This document shows, one piece after another, positions 26,337 to 32,062 of a stretch of DNA of 64,000 nucleotides. Source of the stretch: a virus; the IMG/VR virus record IMGVR_UViG_3300048903_000225; one strand, given 5' to 3'. Numbering within the stretch: position 1 is the first letter of the stretch; the number at the start of each line of letters is the position of its first letter. A program made the translations under genes and the position numbers. The notes beneath the pieces were generated by a model. The model saw only the letters and a program-made list of their open reading frames with translations, searched no databases and was not told the origin of the DNA.

Positions 26337-27274
26337 ACGACCTCGAAGACATCCCGAAGCCGTGGCGTCATGCGCTCGCCGCGGTGCAGGTCTGCTGCCC
26401 CGACTCGATGATCGCCGGTGGTTGCCTGCGCGACCGCGATCACGGCGTGAAGGTCAAGGACATCGACATCTTCGTGTCCTCTCGATCGAACGAGAGCTAC
26501 CATCAGGTCGAGAACGTGCTCAAGGATCTGCGGCGCGGCGGCTGGAAGGATGCTCAGGTCGACGACGAGAAGACCTACACCAGCACCGACCGCTATATCT
26601 CTGGCCTGATCAACGCGCGCTTTCCCGGTGCGCCGCCGATCCAGATCATCGTCGGCACCTTCGACATCGGCAAGGTGCTGGACGAGATCGACTTCGGCAT
26701 CTGCCAGATCGGCTATGACGGGCGCCGCATCATGCGGACCCGCTGGTACAATGACGGAGCATCGGCTCACGAATTTCGCCTGATCCCGAAGGTGAACGAC
26801 GAGGGCTTCATCCGCTCGATCAACCGGTGGGCGCGCCTCAAGGAGAAGTATCCGGAATGGAAGCTGCACCTCGGAAGTCGAGCCGAGCAGGCGTCGGGCG
26901 GTTGGGTGGACGTTTCCAGCCGTCCGGACATAGTGAACGTCCAAGGCGTGGTCAGTCAGAAGGCCGCAAGGCTGCTCAGCAAGCAGGTCATGTTGCAGGC
27001 GCTCGGAAACCGCGAGTTCGTGGTGCCGAAGGCTGCAGCGGAACGGCTTGCGCGGGAGCTGCGGAGCGGCGTGATCCTGCATCAGCACGTTCAGCATCCG
27101 GACAAGTTCGCGATCGAGGTTCGCGATCCGAACGACCGGCCGAAGGCGTTGTCGCTCCTGAACGAGATCGTCAAGGAGCGGGAGGTCATGATGGACGCCG
27201 TCCGTCGCCGAGCGCTCTCAAGTCCGGCCGGCTCGACTGGCATCTTGAGCAAGAGTACGACCGTGCCCATCTAA
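26309..27274 (+). CDS. Class II nucleotidyltransferase (CCA-adding / poly(A) polymerase head domain) with C-terminal extension
   Basis: IAGGCLRD...KDIDIF; IDFGICQIGYDG; 3' end possibly frameshifted. Confidence 0.75.
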   Translation: MAAPNRGGLNDLEDIPKPWRHALAAVQVCCPDSMIAGGCLRDRDHGVKVKDIDIFVSSRSNESYHQVENVLKDLRRGGWKDAQVDDEKTYTSTDRYISGLINARFPGAPPIQIIVGTFDIGKVLDEIDFGICQIGYDGRRIMRTRWYNDGASAHEFRLIPKVNDEGFIRSINRWARLKEKYPEWKLHLGSRAEQASGGWVDVSSRPDIVNVQGVVSQKAARLLSKQVMLQALGNREFVVPKAAAERLARELRSGVILHQHVQHPDKFAIEVRDPNDRPKALSLLNEIVKEREVMMDAVRRRALSSPAGSTGILSKSTTVPI

Positions 27275-27344
27275 GGGAAATCCTGCGCACCGCCAAGGCG
27301 CCCGCGCTGCGGCGGCGCGTAGGACTCCTGCTGGAGAACATGAA

Positions 27345-27626
27345 ATGATCACCGACTGGTCAGACATAGAGGCTCGCGTAGCCAGTTTCTTCGCGCCGAA
27401 CGGCGGCGTCAGGATCAGCGCCGCGAAGCGTGCAATGTTCATGCGAATGTACGGCGGACGGGCGACCGGGCCGCTGACGCCAGAGGAGGCCTATGATGGG
27501 CGAGTACGCGGACATGGAGATCGATCGGTGGATCGGGGACTGCAATTGGGGCAGTCGCCGACGGGTCGCCTCCGCTCCTCGGATCCCGAAATGCAAGTGC
27601 TGCGGCCACCCCGGCGCGGGCTATAA
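27345..27626 (+). CDS. Mini-protein carrying PolA-like motif A and motif B sequences
   Basis: DWSDIEARV and AKRAMFMRMYGG in first 40 aa; ATGA coupling; 3' half overlaps next gene. Confidence 0.5.
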   Translation: MITDWSDIEARVASFFAPNGGVRISAAKRAMFMRMYGGRATGPLTPEEAYDGRVRGHGDRSVDRGLQLGQSPTGRLRSSDPEMQVLRPPRRGL

Positions 27627-27711
27627 CCTGCGCGGCCAGCTGATGGAGGCCAACAACACCATCCATCGCTGTCCGATGCCTGCTGGACCACCAAGATTGG
27701 ATTGCAAATGA
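27493..27711 (+). CDS. Small Zn-binding hypothetical protein
   Basis: GAGGAGG SD; MGEYADM start; CKCC...HRC. Confidence 0.6.
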   Translation: MMGEYADMEIDRWIGDCNWGSRRRVASAPRIPKCKCCGHPGAGYNLRGQLMEANNTIHRCPMPAGPPRLDCK

Positions 27712-29336
27712 CCCAGCCGTTGATGCTGCGCGATAAGCAGATCGAGCAGCTCGCCTTCTACATCGCCCACCCGAAGTGCCTGGATCTGTCCGATCCGGGC
27801 ACCGGGAAGACGCCGCCCTGCTGCCTCTATGCCTACTATATGTGGGATCGCGGGCAGCGGCGCACGCTCTGGTCGATGCCCAAGTCCTTGCTCAAGAAGA
27901 ACAAGAAGGAGCTTCACCGCTTCACGGAGTTCAAGGACGAGGACGTCGTGATCATGCGGACCGATCGCGCGAACCTGACCAAGAACTGGACGGGCGCCAC
28001 GATCGATGCCACGCGCCGGGTGGCGACGTGGCGGCTCAAGGACGGGCGCCAGACGCACGAGATTGATGCCGGCGGCCGGAAGCTCTACTATTTTGATGCC
28101 AGCAACACCGCTATCGTGCTGCGCACTGGCAAGGCTGTGCCGATGCCGGCGTCGAAGGACGATTGGTATCCGGTGGACCCCCTATTCGGCCCGGACGGTA
28201 AGACGCCCGTGAAGGAGTGGGTCGACGTCCCCGAGACGTTCAAGGATCTGATCGTCGAGGAGGCGAAGAAGGCGAAGGTCTTCATCTGCACCTTCGCGTT
28301 CATGAGTGCTCACTGGAAACGCCTGCTCCAGGCAGCACCCGACATTGATCTGCTCCTCGTCGACGAGCTGCACATGGGCTATGGCGGCCCCGAGTCGGCT
28401 CAGACGAAGTCGTTCTATTGGGTCAATCGCCATGTGTCTCGTTTCGTCGGGATGACCGGCACACTGATCAACGGACGGCTGGACAGCGCCTACCCCGCGA
28501 TCAGTGTAATAGAACCGCGCTATTATGGTTCCCTGCAGGGCTTCATGTATGAGCACGCCGCCGTCGTGGACGACTACGGCCGCGTGGTCGTGTGGAAGAA
28601 CGAGTCCAAGCTCAAACAAATCATCGAGAAGCACTCTATCCGGCGGACCTTCGAGGAGGTCTACGGCAAGGAGGACGTGGTGTTCTTCACCGAGACGGTG
28701 GAGATGGAAGACAAGGTTCAGGAGCAGTACGACCAGTTCGTGCAGCAGGCGCTGCTGGAGCTGGAGGACGGCCGTGTCCTCGACGGTTCGATGCCGGGCG
28801 TCAACGCGATCCGCTGCCGCCAGCTCATGAGCCACCCGGAGACCATGCTGACCGGCATCGGCAACTGGACGCCCAAGGACGAGCGGTTGCAGGTCCACTT
28901 GTCCAATGGCAAGAAGGCCCTGCTGTTCGCCTCGCTCAAGCCTGAGCAGGAGCGTCTCCTGCGCCTGGCGCAGGACATGGGGCTGCGCGCCGCGCTGATC
29001 AACAGCGACGTCAGCGGGCCTGCGCGGGCACGCATCGACGAGATGGCGCAGGCCGGCGAGCTGGACGTGATCGTGGCGTCGGGACCGACCGTCGCCGTCG
29101 GGTTCAACTGGGAGATGTTCGATCTCGTCGCCTTCGTGTCGATCGATTATCAGGACGTCAACATCCTGCAGGCCTACCGGCGCGCCTCGCGCGGCACCCG
29201 CACTCGAACCCTCTACGTCCTGTTCCTGCGCTACGAGAGCCGGGTGGAGGATCGGATGTACGACATCGTGAAGGCGAAGAGCCAGCTGGCCAATCGGGTT
29301 GATCCGACGCGGCCGGTCCTCGACTTTTCTTCCTAA
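27708..29336 (+). CDS. Superfamily 2 (SNF2-like) helicase
   Basis: DPGTGKT (Walker A), VDELH (Walker B), MTGT, GFNW, QAYRRASR. Confidence 0.9.
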   Translation: MTQPLMLRDKQIEQLAFYIAHPKCLDLSDPGTGKTPPCCLYAYYMWDRGQRRTLWSMPKSLLKKNKKELHRFTEFKDEDVVIMRTDRANLTKNWTGATIDATRRVATWRLKDGRQTHEIDAGGRKLYYFDASNTAIVLRTGKAVPMPASKDDWYPVDPLFGPDGKTPVKEWVDVPETFKDLIVEEAKKAKVFICTFAFMSAHWKRLLQAAPDIDLLLVDELHMGYGGPESAQTKSFYWVNRHVSRFVGMTGTLINGRLDSAYPAISVIEPRYYGSLQGFMYEHAAVVDDYGRVVVWKNESKLKQIIEKHSIRRTFEEVYGKEDVVFFTETVEMEDKVQEQYDQFVQQALLELEDGRVLDGSMPGVNAIRCRQLMSHPETMLTGIGNWTPKDERLQVHLSNGKKALLFASLKPEQERLLRLAQDMGLRAALINSDVSGPARARIDEMAQAGELDVIVASGPTVAVGFNWEMFDLVAFVSIDYQDVNILQAYRRASRGTRTRTLYVLFLRYESRVEDRMYDIVKAKSQLANRVDPTRPVLDFSS

Positions 29337-29345
29337 GAGAAATTT

Positions 29346-29373
29346 TGGAAACTACCCGGTACTTACCATAAAA
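29346..29373 (+). repeat. 28-bp regulatory repeat, copy 1 (candidate phage promoter/operator)
   Basis: TGGAAACTACCCGGTACTTACCATAAAA, identical at 41298-41325; AT-rich intergenic context. Confidence 0.85.
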
Positions 29374-29406
29374 TCACATTCATGAATTTATATATAGGAG
29401 ACTCCC

Positions 29407-29697
29407 ATGGGACAGAATGAAACCTGGAATGCCTCGCCGAGCGCGAGCCTGCGCACTGAGGCCCTGAACCGCAAGCTTGCCGAGGCTGGCGGCATCACGA
29501 TCGGCAGCGGCTGGCTGCACAAGAAGGGTGGCCGCTACATCGTCACCGGCAAGGCGATCGACACGGACACCGGCGACGTCCGCATCCAGTACAAGCGGTT
29601 CGGCGGCCCCGGCTACGATCCGATCGCGGAGCGCGACATCACTTTTTCTCGTCCGCTGTCTGAATGGACGGTTGACCGCTTCATCGAGCTTCGCTAG
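29407..29697 (+). CDS. Small SH3-like hypothetical protein (DUF1653-like)
   Basis: AGGAG SD; WLHKKGGRYIVTGKA...IQYK...FSRPLSEW. Confidence 0.7.
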   Translation: MGQNETWNASPSASLRTEALNRKLAEAGGITIGSGWLHKKGGRYIVTGKAIDTDTGDVRIQYKRFGGPGYDPIAERDITFSRPLSEWTVDRFIELR

Positions 29698-29918
29698 GCG
29701 AGTTCTTCCAGCTTCGGCTGGGCGGTGCGTTCGGACCCGGCTTCGATGCCGGCGCCTCCACCATTGCTGGTGCCCAACACCGGCATTGACGGGGGCGACA
29801 GGGATTCGACGGGCGCTCTGTAGACTGAAACGCGAATGACAACGACGAGGGCTTCGCCCTCCGCCTGGCGGCGTAAATGCACAGGGGTCTGGCCCACCTA
29901 GCAACAGAACGGGCCACG
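29698..29918 (+). ncRNA. ssrA: Circularly permuted two-piece tmRNA
   Basis: T-arm CCGGC-TTCGAT-GCCGG + CGCCTCC-A-CCA (ends 29763) lies upstream of GGGGGCG...GGATTCGAC (starts 29791); 7-bp acceptor stem with G3.U70; tag frame 29832-29876 ANDNDEGFALRLAA*; outer ends approximate. Confidence 0.92.
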
Positions 29919-29929
29919 AGTTTTACAGT

Positions 29930-30066
29930 CAGGCGGGTTCGATTCCCGCTCGCTGGCCGAGATTTGGTGAAGGAGCGCGGGTTCGACTCCCGACAGAGGG
30001 CGAAAGCCTTCATGCCAGTGCTTCCGGCGGTAGGAAGCGGCCCGACTGACCGCCGTAAGCGGTCAC
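29930..30066 (+). ncRNA. Unassigned structured RNA with two T-loop hairpins
   Basis: GCGGG-TTCGATT-CCCGC (29933-29949), CGGG-TTCGACT-CCCG (29978-29992), GNRA hairpin, closing stem CGCTGGC/GCCAGTG, two further hairpins. Confidence 0.5.
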
Positions 30067-30071
30067 CTTGG

Positions 30072-30148
30072 TGCGGGGTAGAGCAGCCCGGTAGCTCGTC
30101 TGCCTCATAAGCAGAAGGTCACCAGTTCAAAACTGGTCCCCGCAACCA
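30072..30148 (+). tRNA. tRNA-Met (CAT) on an fMet-like scaffold, CCA encoded
   Basis: Acceptor TGCGGGG/CCCCGCA, D stem GAGC/GCTC, anticodon stem TCTGC/GCAGA with loop CTCATAA, T-arm ACCAG-TTCAAAA-CTGGT; 77 nt. Confidence 0.95.
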
Positions 30149-30252
30149 AGATACCCGGTAACTTCTAAAAGGAGCTTTGCATGGCGCGAACATGAGCCTA
30201 TGACGGCTCCGTGCTTCGGCACGAACGACCTCGAACTTGGAAAGACATCCTT

Positions 30253-30906
30253 ATGACCCAGTCCTCTGCTCTCGCTTCCGTGATGGATCAGGCCGCCGCT
30301 GCTTCGGCCGCCTTCGAGCCGGGCACCGCCCTTGCTCCTGCCGGTGGCACGGCCGTTGCCCCCGCGGCGGAGTCGACCCGTCCCTCGCTCGACGACATGG
30401 CCGACAACGCCGGCATCCAGGTCGATGCCTATCTGTCCGTGAAGGAGGCTGGCCTCCGCATCGACAAGGCCGACTACTTCAAGGAAGCCAAGGTCACCAT
30501 CGACCTCACCGAATGCACCCCGATCTTCTCGGTGCGCGCCAACCGCGGCGGCCAGACGACCTTCATCAAGTCGTATGACGGCCGCATGACCTCGCAGGGT
30601 CAGAACTTCCAGCAGGCGACCGCCCAGCTGGCGGCGACCCACGACAAGGTCGACGGCCCCTACCAGACCGTCGAAGTGCCCGTCACGCTCCTGCAGGATG
30701 TGCCCGGCGCCAAGAAGGGCCAGCGTCTCGGCATCACCCCGGCGATCACCGGCGTGAAGTTCTGGACGAAGTTCTACAACGAGCTGCGCGCCGCCAACCT
30801 GCAGCGCTCCAAGGTCGAGGCCAAGATCGTCTGCGTCCCGCAGACGAACAAGAACGGCAACGAGTGGGGCGTCGTCGGCTTCGAGCTGATCGGCGAGGCG
30901 AAGTAA
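30253..30906 (+). CDS. Replication-module protein, possibly ssDNA-binding
   Basis: Strong codon bias, own terminator, position before flap exonuclease and polymerase; function inferred from context only. Confidence 0.6.
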   Translation: MTQSSALASVMDQAAAASAAFEPGTALAPAGGTAVAPAAESTRPSLDDMADNAGIQVDAYLSVKEAGLRIDKADYFKEAKVTIDLTECTPIFSVRANRGGQTTFIKSYDGRMTSQGQNFQQATAQLAATHDKVDGPYQTVEVPVTLLQDVPGAKKGQRLGITPAITGVKFWTKFYNELRAANLQRSKVEAKIVCVPQTNKNGNEWGVVGFELIGEAK

Positions 30907-30928
30907 CGCGCCTGCGCGTTGCGACACG

Positions 30929-30955
30929 AGGGCCGGCCGCAAGGTCGGCCCTTTT
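30929..30955 (+). terminator. Rho-independent terminator
   Basis: AGGGCCGGCC-GCAA-GGTCGGCCCT-TTT. Confidence 0.8.
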
Positions 30956-30969
30956 CGTAGGAGGTTTCT

Positions 30970-31137
30970 ATGAACCCGATCACGACGATTATCGCCTGCG
31001 TAATCAACCTCGTTCTGACCCTCGCGGCGCTGGAATTGTGGCAGTGCGGTAAGAAAGCCTTGGCCATCAGCATGGTGATCCCGGCGGTCTGCGTGTGCTT
31101 CACGCTAGGCATCCTCGGCGCGGCGATGATGTCATGA
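30970..31137 (+). CDS. Small membrane protein
   Basis: AGGAGG SD; two hydrophobic segments. Confidence 0.6.
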   Translation: MNPITTIIACVINLVLTLAALELWQCGKKALAISMVIPAVCVCFTLGILGAAMMS

Positions 31138-31301
31138 ACACCTTCCTCGGCATTGTCGCGCTCATCAGCTTTCTCGTCCTGATGACCTCGCTCCCGACAG
31201 CGTTCAATCCCTACGAGTATCAGTGGCAGCGCGACGGCGCCGCCGCTTGGTCGGTGATTGCGCTTATCGTGTTCTTGCTCAGCACATGGTTCATATCATG
31301 A
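31134..31301 (+). CDS. Small membrane protein
   Basis: ATGA overlaps; two TM segments. Confidence 0.6.
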   Translation: MNTFLGIVALISFLVLMTSLPTAFNPYEYQWQRDGAAAWSVIALIVFLLSTWFIS

Positions 31302-32062
31302 TCGATATCTATGACGGCAACAACGTGATGCGCCGGGCGATGGAGAAGCACGCCTTCGGCCCTCCGGCCATGTCGCTCCGCATGCGCTTCGAGCAGACCT
31401 GCGCCGCCGCGCCCGGAACCCAGTTCTGGGTGTGGGACGGCCGGCAGCACAATGAGCGCCGTCAGGATATCTATCCGCTGTACAAGGCCAATCGCGAGCC
31501 GTGTCCGGAGGACATCTTCGCGCAGATCTGCCTGTGGCGCGACGTGCTCAAGCACAGCCACGCGATCCAGATCGAGGTCCACGGCTGGGAAGCCGACGAC
31601 GTCATCGGCACGCTGGTCCGCAAGATGCCCGGCAAGTTCAAGGTCCACACCAACGACATGGACTATGGACAGGTCCACCACCTGTGCCAGCTCGACGGCG
31701 TGAACCTCAAGGGGGTGCCGCCGCGGTGGGTCGCTCTCTATAAGGCGATGGTCGGCGACACGAGCGACAACATCAAGGGCATCCCCGGCTTCGGTCCGAA
31801 GCGCTGGGTCGAGCTGGAGGACTACTGGCCCCAGATCGAACGCGCGATCGTAGCCGGGGCGCCGGAGGGCTTCATGGGCTTGCCGTTCAAGCCCGCTGTC
31901 GCCGCGTGGCTGACAGTGCCCGACAACATCGACCTGCTGCAGCGGATGCTGCTGGTCACCCACTTCCAGAACGTCCCTGACGACGAGATCGAGGGCGGCC
32001 TGTCGGTCGGCACGGTAAATCGTCCGGCCGCCCATGAGATGCTTTCGGAGTTCTTTTTATGA
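31298..32062 (+). CDS. 5'-3' exonuclease / flap endonuclease
   Basis: IYDGNN, VWDG, YKANR, EADDVIGTL, TNDMD, GDTSDNIKGIPGFG. Confidence 0.92.
   Translation: MIDIYDGNNVMRRAMEKHAFGPPAMSLRMRFEQTCAAAPGTQFWVWDGRQHNERRQDIYPLYKANREPCPEDIFAQICLWRDVLKHSHAIQIEVHGWEADDVIGTLVRKMPGKFKVHTNDMDYGQVHHLCQLDGVNLKGVPPRWVALYKAMVGDTSDNIKGIPGFGPKRWVELEDYWPQIERAIVAGAPEGFMGLPFKPAVAAWLTVPDNIDLLQRMLLVTHFQNVPDDEIEGGLSVGTVNRPAAHEMLSEFFL

Noticed and set aside
29933-29992. Two additional tRNA genes
   Set aside because: Only T-arms are present; I could not build acceptor, D and anticodon arms or find CCA ends.
29698-30148. tmRNA/tRNA as prophage attachment site or host chromosomal DNA
   Set aside because: Both flanks are phage replication genes, no integrase or duplicated 3' end is visible.
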